NCBI GenBank assembly: GCA_004211885.1
Contig: SHBV01000005.1
Span: forward strand, 11,391 to 75,390
Direction of reading: 5' to 3'
Length of the DNA: 64,000 nt
Origin: Verrucomicrobiaceae bacterium
GTDB taxonomy: Bacteria; Verrucomicrobiota; Verrucomicrobiia; Verrucomicrobiales; DEV007
This document shows, piece after piece, positions 1 through 10,105 of this stretch. Within the stretch, counting starts at the first letter, position 1, and each line of letters opens with the position of its first letter. Made by a program: the position numbers and the translations under genes. The notes below the pieces were generated by a model. That model was not told the DNA's origin. It searched no databases and saw nothing but the letters and a program-made list of their open reading frames with translations.

Positions 1-275
1 TTGATGATTGCTTCTGTCGTTTGTTTCAGAGGTTGTTTCCCTGCTGCTCCACCTATCCAGATATTGAACGTCATGACTCTGAGAGTGATTTGTTCGGCGA
101 TCAATGGACAAGGAATCCATAAAAGGAAAACAATAGTCGCTATGGATAATGGTAATTTAGACACTCGGACTGAAATTTTAGGATTATTTCTATGACTTGG
201 TATTTGCGTTAATACCCACTAATCACTATTATAAGTCCTTTGCAAACAATCGGTTCCGGTTAACGGGCAAAAAGT

Positions 276-3200
276 ATGAGGAAACCTCAAAAATATATCT
301 CAGCTTTTGTTCTACTGTGCGCTGCTTGCTTCTGCAATTCGTGTGGGTCAAAGGATAGTCTAGACATCTCTTCCCAGTCGAGTCAGCAGGTGAGCCTTCA
401 GCCAGGAGAGCTGAAAGAACTGTATTTGCACGAAGAAGCGTCCAAGAATCTTAGTAAAAGTTCTGCACTCTTTGAACCAATAGCCGCTGAAGATTCTGGC
501 ATTGATTTTGTTAACTTGGTCGATAATCAGCACCCACTGAGTCGTCTCTATATTCTTGGTTACGCGTGTGGGGGAATTTCTATTGGAGACATTGATGGAG
601 ATGGTTGGGATGATATCTATTGTACCGGGGGCCCAAGAGAAAGTGTCCTATATAAGCAGGTAGGTAAGCTTAAGTTTGAGGATATCACATCGGAGTCAGG
701 CGTATCTGCTAAAGGACATTGGAGCGTCTCTTCGCAATTTGTTGATGTTGATAATGATGGTGACCTAGATATTTATGTTTGTAATTATGACACGCCTAAC
801 CTGCTTTATATTAATGATGGTAAAGGGGCTTTCACGGAGTCCGCCAAGGATTCCGGAACAGATGTGAAGGACGCGAGCCTCTCTGCCCACTTTGCAGATT
901 ATGACAATGACGGTGACCTGGACTATTATCTCATAACGAACCGGCTCATTCGTGCCGGGGGCTTACCGACGGCGAAGGAGGCAACTTACGTCACTGCTGA
1001 TGAGAAACCGGTACTCCGCCCTGAGTTCAGACGATATTATGAAATGTATGAGAAGGCAGGTGGTAAGTATACGATCAGAACCATTGGTCGGCCTGACCGA
1101 CTGTTCGAGAATGACGGTAGCGGTAAGTTCCGTGATGTGACGAAAGAAGCGGGGATCGAAGATCAGGCTTACGGATTATCAGCAACGTGGTTTGATTACG
1201 ATAGTGATGGATTAATAGACATCTATGTCGCTAATGATTTCCAGGACCCTGATTACTTTTATCGTAATAATGGGGATGGTTCATTTACCAATGTTATAAA
1301 ATCTGCAGTTCCTCATACGACATGGTTTTCAATGGGAAGTGATATTGCTGACCTTAATAATGATGGGCTATTAGATCTCTTTGTTTTGGACATGGCTGCG
1401 ACTTCGCATTACAAAGCAAAAATTGCCATGGGAGACATGAGTGCATTCAAGAACTTCATGGACACTTCTTCGCCGCGTCAGATGATGCGTAATGCGCTTT
1501 TTATTCATAGTGGAACCTCGCGTTTCCTTGAAAGTGCATGGCTCAGTGGCCTTGCCGCTTCTGGTTGGTCATGGGCTGCGAAATTATCTGATTTCGATAA
1601 TGATGGATTCACTGATGTTTTTGTGTCCAACGGCATGAGTGCAAATATCCGTAACCCGGATAAATATTTTCCAGTTGTAGTGAATGGTAAGGAGCAATTC
1701 ATTCCATATTCCCAGTCCATGCTTCAGGGAACAGAAGAATGGCAACTATGGAAAAAAACAGGGCTACAGAAAGATACGAACCAGGCCTTTCAAAATCTGG
1801 GTCATTTAAAGTTCAAGGACGTTTCCAAGGACTGGGGCCTTGACCATTTAGGAGCAAGTTACGCGGCGTCGACTGGTGACCTTGACCGGGACGGAGACCT
1901 TGACCTTGTCGTTGCGAGTCTCGATGAGCCTGTCCAGATCTTCCGCAATGATAGTACCAAGAACAGGGTCACCATTTCTCTCCGTGGTAACGAATCTAAC
2001 CGGTATGGAATAGGCGCTGTTTTACGAGCAGATTCTGGTAAAGGTAAACAGACGAAGATCATGAATCCGATGACAGGATACGCTTCATGTAATGGTCCTG
2101 TTATGCATTTTGGAATTGGGGATGATGACAGAATCGATCGTCTTGAAGTAGAATGGCCAGGCGGAATTAAACAGTCTTTTAAGGACCTTGCGGCTGGGTC
2201 TCATTATGTTGTCTCGCAGAGCAAGGAAACTTCCTTACCAGAAGAAGAGAAAAAGAAAACCGGCGCCGAGCCAATGTTTGCTTCTGTTAAATCGATTAAG
2301 TCAGCATCTCATAAGGAGACATTCTTTAATGATTTTGCCCTTCAGCCATTACTGCCCAATAAGCTCTCTCATTTAGGCCCTGGAATAGCTGTCGGAGATA
2401 CGGACGGAGATGGTAATGATGAAATTGTATTGGGATCTGCGCGTTCTGGATCTCTTGCCATCCATCATGAGCCTGAACGTTCGATGTCCTGGAAAGAAAT
2501 TTCTGCAAGTTCAGCTCACAGTAGTTCCGAGGACATGAGTTCACTATTGTTTGATGCAGACCTTGACGGAGACGCGGACCTCTTCGTAGTCAGTGGAGGC
2601 GTCGAGTCTGAGGCCGAAGAACTGAAAGACAGGTTATATTTAAATGACGGTAAAGGGGCATATGAGCATGCTCCTGAGGGAACATTACCTGATCTCATGG
2701 TCAGTGGATCGGTCGCTTCTGCAGCTGACTTTGACCGTGACGGAGACTTGGACATTTTTGTGGGGGGACGATTACGTCCTGGAAAATATCCTACGAGTCC
2801 AAAGAGTACATTATTACTTAATGAAACTGTTAAGGGGCAGAAGGTACTATTTACTGATGCTACCAAGCAAATTTGTCCGGAAATTGAGAATTGTGGAATG
2901 GTAACGAGTGCACTCTGGTCCGATGCGAATGGGGACGGATGGGTTGATCTTTTGTTGAGCATTGAGTGGGGACCAGTTCGAATATTTATAAATAATGAGG
3001 GTAAATTGAAAGAGACGACTCAGAGCTCAGGACTCCAGGAATATTCAGGCTGGTGGAATGGACTCGCAGGGAGGGACCTTGATGGGGACGGAGACATTGA
3101 TTATGTAGCTACCAATTTTGGACTCAATACTAAGTATCATCCGTCTAAGAAAAAACCTTCCCGGATCTATTATGGTACATTTGGTGAATCACCTATACCA

Positions 3201-4049
3201 AGGATCGTTGAAGCCAAAGTTGCTGAGGACTGCATTTTACCTGTCCGAGGAAAGAGTTGCTCGCAGAATGCCATGCCTTTTGTGAAAGAAAAATTCAACA
3301 CGTATCACAAGTTTGCTTCAGCTACTCTGACAGATATTTATACTCAGACAGCGTTGCAGAAATCGGAGTCATTTGAGGTTAATTATCTTAAGAGTGTTGT
3401 GTTCATCAATGATGGTAAAGCTAATTTCAAGGCTGTGCCTTTGCCCGAACTGAGTCAGATTGCTCCAGGATTTGGTGTCATTGCTACTGAAGTCAATGGT
3501 GACGGAAAAGCTGACATCTACTTGGTACAGAACTTTTACCACCCTCAGAGAGAGACTGGAAGGATGGCCGGTGGGATGAGTGTTTTATTACTTGGGGATG
3601 GTTCGGGTTCCTTCAATGAGGTATGGCCTGACAGGAGTGGCTTAACAGTTCCTGAAGATGCGAGGGGACTCGCTTCTTTCGATTTGAACGATGATGGATG
3701 GGTTGATTTTGCGGTTGGCATTAATGATGGAAAAATGAAATTGTTTGAAAATAAGGTTGGCTCTAATTCTGGACACAAGTCTTTCATGATTCAACTCTCT
3801 GAGGGGCCTGGTAATCCTACTGGCGTTGGATCAAAAGTCAGCGTTGAATTAACAGATGGATCCTCGCAGACCGATGAGGTCAGAGCCGGTGGCAGTTACC
3901 TGTCCCAGTCTTCATCTGGGTTATTTTTTGGTCTAAGCGCTGGCAATAAGGTCAAGAATATTAAGGTCCGTTGGCCTGATGGAGAGAAAACTACTCACCA
4001 GTATCCTTCGGGAAAGCATAAGGTCATTATTACCCGAACCGCTCAGTAG
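276..4049 (+). CDS. Exported FG-GAP/VCBS-repeat protein with two ASPIC/UnbV-like segments (CRTAC1-family architecture), probable lipoprotein
   Basis: The 1257-aa ORF has a signal/lipobox-like N-terminus (LLCAACFCNSCGS). It carries many DxDxDGxxD Ca-binding repeats (DIDGDGWDD, DVDNDGDLD, DYDNDGDLD, DFDRDGDLD, DLDGDGDID). Two UnbV/ASPIC-type motifs are present (NRYGIGAVLR...HFGIG...VEWPGG and GGSYLSQSS...VRWPDG). Confidence 0.85.
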   Translation: MRKPQKYISAFVLLCAACFCNSCGSKDSLDISSQSSQQVSLQPGELKELYLHEEASKNLSKSSALFEPIAAEDSGIDFVNLVDNQHPLSRLYILGYACGGISIGDIDGDGWDDIYCTGGPRESVLYKQVGKLKFEDITSESGVSAKGHWSVSSQFVDVDNDGDLDIYVCNYDTPNLLYINDGKGAFTESAKDSGTDVKDASLSAHFADYDNDGDLDYYLITNRLIRAGGLPTAKEATYVTADEKPVLRPEFRRYYEMYEKAGGKYTIRTIGRPDRLFENDGSGKFRDVTKEAGIEDQAYGLSATWFDYDSDGLIDIYVANDFQDPDYFYRNNGDGSFTNVIKSAVPHTTWFSMGSDIADLNNDGLLDLFVLDMAATSHYKAKIAMGDMSAFKNFMDTSSPRQMMRNALFIHSGTSRFLESAWLSGLAASGWSWAAKLSDFDNDGFTDVFVSNGMSANIRNPDKYFPVVVNGKEQFIPYSQSMLQGTEEWQLWKKTGLQKDTNQAFQNLGHLKFKDVSKDWGLDHLGASYAASTGDLDRDGDLDLVVASLDEPVQIFRNDSTKNRVTISLRGNESNRYGIGAVLRADSGKGKQTKIMNPMTGYASCNGPVMHFGIGDDDRIDRLEVEWPGGIKQSFKDLAAGSHYVVSQSKETSLPEEEKKKTGAEPMFASVKSIKSASHKETFFNDFALQPLLPNKLSHLGPGIAVGDTDGDGNDEIVLGSARSGSLAIHHEPERSMSWKEISASSAHSSSEDMSSLLFDADLDGDADLFVVSGGVESEAEELKDRLYLNDGKGAYEHAPEGTLPDLMVSGSVASAADFDRDGDLDIFVGGRLRPGKYPTSPKSTLLLNETVKGQKVLFTDATKQICPEIENCGMVTSALWSDANGDGWVDLLLSIEWGPVRIFINNEGKLKETTQSSGLQEYSGWWNGLAGRDLDGDGDIDYVATNFGLNTKYHPSKKKPSRIYYGTFGESPIPRIVEAKVAEDCILPVRGKSCSQNAMPFVKEKFNTYHKFASATLTDIYTQTALQKSESFEVNYLKSVVFINDGKANFKAVPLPELSQIAPGFGVIATEVNGDGKADIYLVQNFYHPQRETGRMAGGMSVLLLGDGSGSFNEVWPDRSGLTVPEDARGLASFDLNDDGWVDFAVGINDGKMKLFENKVGSNSGHKSFMIQLSEGPGNPTGVGSKVSVELTDGSSQTDEVRAGGSYLSQSSSGLFFGLSAGNKVKNIKVRWPDGEKTTHQYPSGKHKVIITRTAQ

Positions 4050-4060
4050 CGGCACTGATT

Positions 4061-6370
4061 TTGAATAGACTCTTTTTCCAAAATCCTAAGATTAGTGACT
4101 GGATTCTAGTGCCAGTGCTCATGGCTTGTGTTTTGTTCGCTACTTTTTCTTGTAAGAAAAAATCAGAAGAAAATAAGCAACCTTATCATCAAGGTGTGAT
4201 TAGTGATTTTTCTAAAATAGAAAATACCCAACAGGATGAGGAGGGTCACCAAAGGATGCTCAGTTTACTTGCAGGGATCCGGGATTTGACTCCTACCAAC
4301 AATCAGTACTTGGGTGATGGTCGGGCAAGGAAGGCCCGAGAACTCCTTGCCAAGGCCACTCCTCAAACGCCTGCCAAGGAAAACTGGTTCCATCATCGCA
4401 TACTCGGATGGGCAGAACTTAATCTGGGAAATGAGACTGAGGGCATTAAGCATTTGAAGATCGCTTATGATCTGTTGCCTGAAGTCAAAGGTTCAATAGA
4501 AGAGAAGAGGGTCATGGAGAATATTTTTATGCTTGGAGTTGCCTGGATGAGACGAGGTGAGACTGAGAACTGTTGTGCCATATCCACGCCTGAGAGTTGC
4601 ATTATTCCTATCCGTGGCGGAGGCATTCATTCGAAGGAGGAAGGTTCAAGGAACGCCATAAAATACTTTGATGAGATTCTCAAAAAGGCTCCGATAAAAT
4701 CAGTCTGGCATTATAGGGCTAGGTGGTTATTAAATATTGCATGGATGACCCTCGGTCAGTATCCGGAATCTGTTCCTGAGAAGTATTTAATCCCTGAAGA
4801 ATCTTTCCGTAGCAATTACCAGTTCCCGGTCCTGCATAATATTGCCGCTGATCTAGGCATTGACACCTTTAATTTGTCAGGTGGAGTCGTGATTGATGAT
4901 TTTAATAATGATAATTATCTGGACCTTTTTACGACTTCATGGGCATCCGATGCGGCCCCTAAGCTCTTCATTAGTCGGGAGGATGGTTCGTTCAGTGAGC
5001 CAAAGATCTCGACTCGTCTTGAGGGAATTTATGGAGGCCTTAATCTTGAGCCTGCGGATTTTAATAATGATGGGAACCTTGATGTTTTTGTACTTCGAGG
5101 TGCCTGGCTTGCGTCTGCTGGAGGTTACCCTAATTCCTTACTCAGGAATAATGGGGACGGAACATTCACCGATGTGAGTTTTAATCTTGGACTCGCTAAC
5201 ATTCATCGTCCGACCCAGACCGCGGGCTGGGCTGACTTTGATAATGATGGTGACCTTGATCTTTTTGTCGGTAATGAAACTACTCCCGGAAATAATTCCC
5301 CATGTCAGTTGTTCCGGAACGATGGGGATTTGGGCTTTGTTGACGTTGCCTTGAGTGCCGGTGTCACAAATGATAGGTTCACTAAAGGAGTGAGCTGGGG
5401 AGATTATAATAATGACCGTTACCCAGACCTGTACGTTTCGAACTTCCGTTCTGAAAACAGATTATACCATAATAATGGAGACGGGACCTTCACGGACCTG
5501 GCTCAAAAACTAAAGGTGACTGGCCCTTCTTCTAGTTTTCCTGCCTGGTTCTGGGACTATGACAATGATGGAAATTTGGACATTTTTGTTTCGAGCTATT
5601 CCGGAAACATTGAACATGTTGCTGCTCACCGGCTCAAAGAAGAGGCTGATTTCGAGACGCTGTGTCTTTACCGCGGTGATGGTGAGGGAAATTTTATAAA
5701 TGTTGCTGCTGATGCGGGGCTCAATGATCCTATCCTTCCTATGGGGTCGAACTTTGGTGATATCAATAATGATGGGTACCTTGACTTTTATTTAGGGACC
5801 GGAGATCCGGGATTCGGTAGCCTCATGCCGAACCTGATGTATTTGAATGTTGGTGGTAGAAAATTTGTTGATGTGACCATGGCTTCTAGGCTTGGTCATT
5901 TGCAGAAGGGGCACGCAGTATCTTTTGCTGACCTTGATAATGATGGAGACCTTGACCTTTTCGAGCAGCTTGGAGGCGCTTATCCTGGCGATGCTTTCAG
6001 TGATGCGCTCTTTGAGAATCCTGGATTCAAGAACCATTCGATCACTATCAAAATTGTCGGTAAAAAGACGAACCGGTCAGCCATTGGTGCAAGGATCAAG
6101 GCTACCTTCAATGAGAATGGAAAGACACGTTCAGTTTATAGGCACGTTTGTTCTGGTGGCAGTTTCGGCGCTAATCCTCTTCGACAGACCATAGGAACCG
6201 GCAGTGCAAGAAAGCTACAGAGCCTCGAAATTTTCTGGCCGGTGACGGGCAATGCTCAAAAATTTAAAGAAATTGAATGTGACCAGAACATTGAAATTGT
6301 TGAAGGTTCAAATACATACAAGTCTCTGAATCTAGTCCCGCGACCCTTCCTAAAGAAAAATTCCAAATAA
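4061..6370 (+). CDS. TPR-like N-terminal domain + FG-GAP repeats + C-terminal ASPIC/UnbV (CRTAC1-family protein)
   Basis: The 769-aa ORF starts 12 nt after the previous gene, consistent with an operon. FG-GAP repeats are visible (DFNNDGNLD, DFDNDGDLD, DYDNDGNLD, DLDNDGDLD). The C-terminus reads NRSAIGARIK...GGSFGANP...IFWP. The start is uncertain: TTG at 4061 or ATG at 4121. Confidence 0.8.
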   Translation: MNRLFFQNPKISDWILVPVLMACVLFATFSCKKKSEENKQPYHQGVISDFSKIENTQQDEEGHQRMLSLLAGIRDLTPTNNQYLGDGRARKARELLAKATPQTPAKENWFHHRILGWAELNLGNETEGIKHLKIAYDLLPEVKGSIEEKRVMENIFMLGVAWMRRGETENCCAISTPESCIIPIRGGGIHSKEEGSRNAIKYFDEILKKAPIKSVWHYRARWLLNIAWMTLGQYPESVPEKYLIPEESFRSNYQFPVLHNIAADLGIDTFNLSGGVVIDDFNNDNYLDLFTTSWASDAAPKLFISREDGSFSEPKISTRLEGIYGGLNLEPADFNNDGNLDVFVLRGAWLASAGGYPNSLLRNNGDGTFTDVSFNLGLANIHRPTQTAGWADFDNDGDLDLFVGNETTPGNNSPCQLFRNDGDLGFVDVALSAGVTNDRFTKGVSWGDYNNDRYPDLYVSNFRSENRLYHNNGDGTFTDLAQKLKVTGPSSSFPAWFWDYDNDGNLDIFVSSYSGNIEHVAAHRLKEEADFETLCLYRGDGEGNFINVAADAGLNDPILPMGSNFGDINNDGYLDFYLGTGDPGFGSLMPNLMYLNVGGRKFVDVTMASRLGHLQKGHAVSFADLDNDGDLDLFEQLGGAYPGDAFSDALFENPGFKNHSITIKIVGKKTNRSAIGARIKATFNENGKTRSVYRHVCSGGSFGANPLRQTIGTGSARKLQSLEIFWPVTGNAQKFKEIECDQNIEIVEGSNTYKSLNLVPRPFLKKNSK

Positions 6371-6472
6371 GATTTTTAAAGAGATTTTCTTTACTTTTGT
6401 TGTAAGGAGAGGTTTTTTGTTCACCCCTTTCCTCAAATAACATCTACTAAAAAATAACCTGATTTCCTCATC

Positions 6473-7483
6473 ATGAGACGATTCTTTCTTTTGATCTGTT
6501 CCTTCATTGTATTGTCATCTTCAGTCATTGCTGATGTTCTGAAAATTTCGGATGGTTCTCGACTCTCCGGAAAGATCATTAAGGTCAAGGACGGTATAAT
6601 TAGTCTGAAAACAACATACGCTGGAACGATCAAGGTAAAGCAGAGTGAGGTCCTTTCGTTTGAGACAGAGGATCCGGTCTTGGCAAATCTTAAGGGAGGA
6701 AAAATCGTCACTGGATCTGTGAAATCTAAAGGTGATAAGGTGAGAATAGGAGAGGAAAAGTCACAAGCGCTCGTGAGCTTGTCTCAAATCCTTAGCCTCA
6801 AACCGGATCCGGGCAAGGACCCTAAAAAGGATTGGATCTTTTCAGCAGGATTTGATTTGCTTGGGAAGAAGGGGAATACCGAGGAAATGAGCCTAGGTGC
6901 CAACGCTCTGGTCGCTAGAAAAGGTCCGAAGGACGAACTTAAATTTACTGCGGAATTTGAGGATAGGGAAAAGAACACTGAGAAGACTGCGGACCGCGTA
7001 GCGGGTGGAGCTTCTTACGAATACTTTTTCAAGGATTCACTTGGCTGGTACCTGAGGTCCGAGCTCGAAAGTGATGATATTACTTCTGTGAATTTACGTT
7101 CGACTACCGGTGCCGGAGCTTCTTATAGGTTACTTAACAGGGACAAGCAAACTCTGGTCGCTAGGTCAGGTCTTGGTTACCGTTTCACTGATTATGAAAC
7201 GAGTAAGGATGATGAATCATCCCTGACCCTAGATTTGGGCCTGACTCATAATTACAAATTCAACGACATTCTATCTATTGCTAATCAGTTAAGTTATGTT
7301 CCCGGGATCGGTGGTTCGGGAAATAACCGATTCGTTCATGATAGTACTCTCGTTTTCCCGATCGGGAGTGGTGAGAATTGGAGCCTAAAATTGGGCATTA
7401 AGAATGAATATGAGACCGAGCCTGCAGTCCCAGAGAAATTGGACACGACCTATTACTCAAAGATGAGCTTTTCCTGGAAATGA
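6473..7483 (+). CDS. DUF481-like outer-membrane beta-barrel protein
   Basis: The 336-aa ORF has a signal peptide (FLLICSFIVLSSSVIA). It begins with beta-hairpin repeats (DGSRLSGKIIKVKDGIISLKT) and continues with an alternating beta-strand pattern ending in an aromatic C-terminus (YYSKMSFSWK), which is typical of YdiY/DUF481 proteins. Confidence 0.65.
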   Translation: MRRFFLLICSFIVLSSSVIADVLKISDGSRLSGKIIKVKDGIISLKTTYAGTIKVKQSEVLSFETEDPVLANLKGGKIVTGSVKSKGDKVRIGEEKSQALVSLSQILSLKPDPGKDPKKDWIFSAGFDLLGKKGNTEEMSLGANALVARKGPKDELKFTAEFEDREKNTEKTADRVAGGASYEYFFKDSLGWYLRSELESDDITSVNLRSTTGAGASYRLLNRDKQTLVARSGLGYRFTDYETSKDDESSLTLDLGLTHNYKFNDILSIANQLSYVPGIGGSGNNRFVHDSTLVFPIGSGENWSLKLGIKNEYETEPAVPEKLDTTYYSKMSFSWK

Positions 7484-7495
7484 TTATTTGGACCT

Positions 7496-10018
7496 TTAAT
7501 CAAAGCTGATTTCGGGTCTTTTACGGATCGAAAGCTCTGTCCTGAGAAAGTTTGAGTCCTTGAATCCAAACGGTTTAGCAATAAATGCTTCTGGGATTCT
7601 TTGCGAGGTTGTTTTGTATAGTTCAACGCTGTCATTGTAACCCTGACGCATGAGGGCCACCTCATTCTCAACGAGCCGAAGTTGTTCCATCAAGTTACCG
7701 AGCATTTCATGTCCTTTGAGTTCAGGGTACTTTTCTGCCAAGGCAAATAGTCGTTCTGTTAATTGATTTTCGGTGTGCATAATCGAATCAATTTCCTCCG
7801 TCGAGAATCTTTTTTTCTGGCCTATTGTTGTTCTTAATTCGCTGATTTGTTTGTGAACTTCCTTCTCGTGTTCGAGGTATGATTTTGCTGCGGACTCAAT
7901 ATTAGGAATCAGCTCGGAGCGTTTCTGTAAGGAAACTTCGATATTGGAATGGGCCCTCTTGACTCTGTTCCTAAGGAATACCAGATCATTGAACATGAGA
8001 ATAAAAGTGCTAGCAATGAGGAATGCCGGAGCAGTCAGAGACGATAATATAAAATCGCTCGGTGAATAAGAGCCGGTCCCTGCAAAATAGAGTAGGACCA
8101 GTGTCACTATACCGATGAAACCACAACTGACTCGGAACAGGCCGGCTCGACTTATCTTGAGCATTGTCTCGGCCTCGGTCCTATCTGAAATGAGGAAAGG
8201 AAAACCATCATTATCACCGTCTGCCATTTGCAGGCTCTCGCCCGCGATCGGTTCGATCACAGCCGATCCTAGAAGGTAAATTTCCTGACTCTCAGCGATG
8301 TGCCATTCATAATAGGTTCGGCGCCCTGATTTCTCTCTCTTTTTCCTTTCACATATGAATTCAGCACCGAACGGAACGACTCTCGTGTACCCCTCCTCAT
8401 CCTTGCAGAGAAAAGGAACCATCTCGTTACGGTCCTCGATGACTACTGTTTTCTTATTCTTACCGGAGCCTCGTGTCTCAGTGATTTTGTACCGGTAATA
8501 GAGGCATTCTTTTTTGGTCAGTGGACCAATGATTCTGTGCTCATTACCCTCATAAAGGACGCTAGTCCCCTTAATTTCTGCAGGACCGAAGGCCAGGCCC
8601 TTCGAGAGTGAGGTGGGAACATTTTCAATGTATCGCTTAGTCTTTATTTTTCTGAAGCCGAACAATGTGCCAAATATTCCCCCGGCTAAGGCAAGTGATC
8701 CCCCGATCCATGATAACCATTTAGGCATGGGGCTCTTGATGATTTTCGAATCATTGGGGCGTTGTTCTTCGGGTCCAAATATGGATTCGCTTTCATGTAT
8801 GTTCCAGAACTTTGAGAGGTGCCTTTCAGGGAACCTTTTGAGAATGGCGTTGTTTCTTTCAATGGCTGCAGCGTAATCATTTCTGATTCCAATGATGCGA
8901 GCTTTGGCTTTATCATCTTTGATGGCCTCTGCTAATTGAGGGACAGATTCCCATTCGAAAGTCTTTCCAATTATTTTCAGGATAGCCAATTTTGCATTGG
9001 CTTCGTGGCGTTTGAGCCGTTCATTACCGTCCTTAACGTCAGCAGCCATCATGTTGATTCCCATCACAGTAAGGATCAGGACGTTCAGGGCTGAGAGTAT
9101 AGATAAAAATACTAGGATCCGGTGAATTTTAATCATGAAACATAAGAAGAGGACACCCAAAGAAAAACATACTAAACTCACGAAAGTGAGTAAGACCCCA
9201 ATGCCTCCCTGCTGTGCTCGAGAAGATACGGCGTTACCATCACTGAGGATCGGAGAATAGGACCCCTCCTCGGAAAAATTGAGCTCGTAATTACCGTTAC
9301 GGCTCACGGCCATTGCAAAGGCGAAAATTTCCTCTCCAATATCTATTCTTCTTTCTGTCCACCGATAATCTCCTCTGCGCCGAGAATAGTCTGTTCCTAG
9401 GCTAGGGTCTTTATTTGCCTCTTCGATCAGTGAATCGAGTGAGACGAGCACGTCCCCTGTACTATCTTTGATGCTAAAGAATCGTACGTATTGGGTTCCT
9501 GACTCTACCGTTGACCAGCTCTCGTTCCCTTCCGAGTCCTCTGACCGTTTCTCTTTTTTATAGTAGCAATAGAAACATGTTACATTGGTGTATCTTGCTC
9601 TCACGAAATTTGAGCCTGCTTTGCTTTGGTAGCTCCTTGTGTTTCTTTTTCCGTAGTGTTTTTCCGCTTCGTCATCATGAGGATTTGAAGGGTCAGTCCC
9701 TAGCCAATTTTCAATACTATCTGGTGTGCCTCCACCGTCAGTATCAATCTCGGTAGGTTTAATGATCAGAGGTTCCGGTTTTTCGCTTTTGACTTTGACT
9801 GTATCTTTTTGGCTAAATGCCTTGCCCTGTATTCTGACCTCACCGGGTATCAGTGAAATGACATTGGTCTCCGGTATCCTTTCGAGTTGCCGCATGTCCC
9901 GAACTTTTTGATATCCTTTGTTCTGCGCGTAACAGCCCCCGATCAGGAGAGGAATGATGAGCCAGAGCCAACGGACCATAACTGGACTCTTTTTAGATTC
10001 CCCTGATTTCTTCTTCAT
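7496..10018 (-). CDS. Multi-pass membrane protein: two GIDE-like modules fused to a C-terminal LemA domain
   Basis: This is an 840-aa ORF. The last ~165 aa (nt 7499-7993) match the LemA pattern (FNDLVFLRNRVKRAHSNIEVSLQKRSELIPNIESAAKSY...AEKYPELKG...ENEVALMRQGYNDSV..YK). Two upstream soluble modules show the GIDE-type pattern (GxVxIxG...PLTxxxCxYYxY...VPFxxxDxxG..V.P.GAE). Several hydrophobic helices separate the modules. Confidence 0.75.
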   Translation of the reverse strand: MKKKSGESKKSPVMVRWLWLIIPLLIGGCYAQNKGYQKVRDMRQLERIPETNVISLIPGEVRIQGKAFSQKDTVKVKSEKPEPLIIKPTEIDTDGGGTPDSIENWLGTDPSNPHDDEAEKHYGKRNTRSYQSKAGSNFVRARYTNVTCFYCYYKKEKRSEDSEGNESWSTVESGTQYVRFFSIKDSTGDVLVSLDSLIEEANKDPSLGTDYSRRRGDYRWTERRIDIGEEIFAFAMAVSRNGNYELNFSEEGSYSPILSDGNAVSSRAQQGGIGVLLTFVSLVCFSLGVLFLCFMIKIHRILVFLSILSALNVLILTVMGINMMAADVKDGNERLKRHEANAKLAILKIIGKTFEWESVPQLAEAIKDDKAKARIIGIRNDYAAAIERNNAILKRFPERHLSKFWNIHESESIFGPEEQRPNDSKIIKSPMPKWLSWIGGSLALAGGIFGTLFGFRKIKTKRYIENVPTSLSKGLAFGPAEIKGTSVLYEGNEHRIIGPLTKKECLYYRYKITETRGSGKNKKTVVIEDRNEMVPFLCKDEEGYTRVVPFGAEFICERKKREKSGRRTYYEWHIAESQEIYLLGSAVIEPIAGESLQMADGDNDGFPFLISDRTEAETMLKISRAGLFRVSCGFIGIVTLVLLYFAGTGSYSPSDFILSSLTAPAFLIASTFILMFNDLVFLRNRVKRAHSNIEVSLQKRSELIPNIESAAKSYLEHEKEVHKQISELRTTIGQKKRFSTEEIDSIMHTENQLTERLFALAEKYPELKGHEMLGNLMEQLRLVENEVALMRQGYNDSVELYKTTSQRIPEAFIAKPFGFKDSNFLRTELSIRKRPEISFD

Positions 10019-10105
10019 CCTTACAATAAACAGTTAGCGTATTGAGGTCTCATTCCAAAGTAATTTTGAAGAATGAAAATTATTAAATGAAAGGGTTCTC
10101 GCACA

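Noticed and set aside
1-195. The track lists a 64-aa ORF at the left edge of the window.
   Set aside because: It has a TTG start at nt 1, no recognisable motif and a Cys/Pro-odd composition. It cannot be supported from this fragment.
2516-2962. The track contains long antisense ORFs inside large genes. Examples are 2516..2962, 16524..17072, 17547..17969, 44477..44908, 53955..54458, 60892..61419, and the cluster at 56470..57510.
   Set aside because: Each lies fully within a strongly supported gene on the other strand or in another frame, has low-complexity or odd composition, and shows no motifs. They are typical shadow ORFs.
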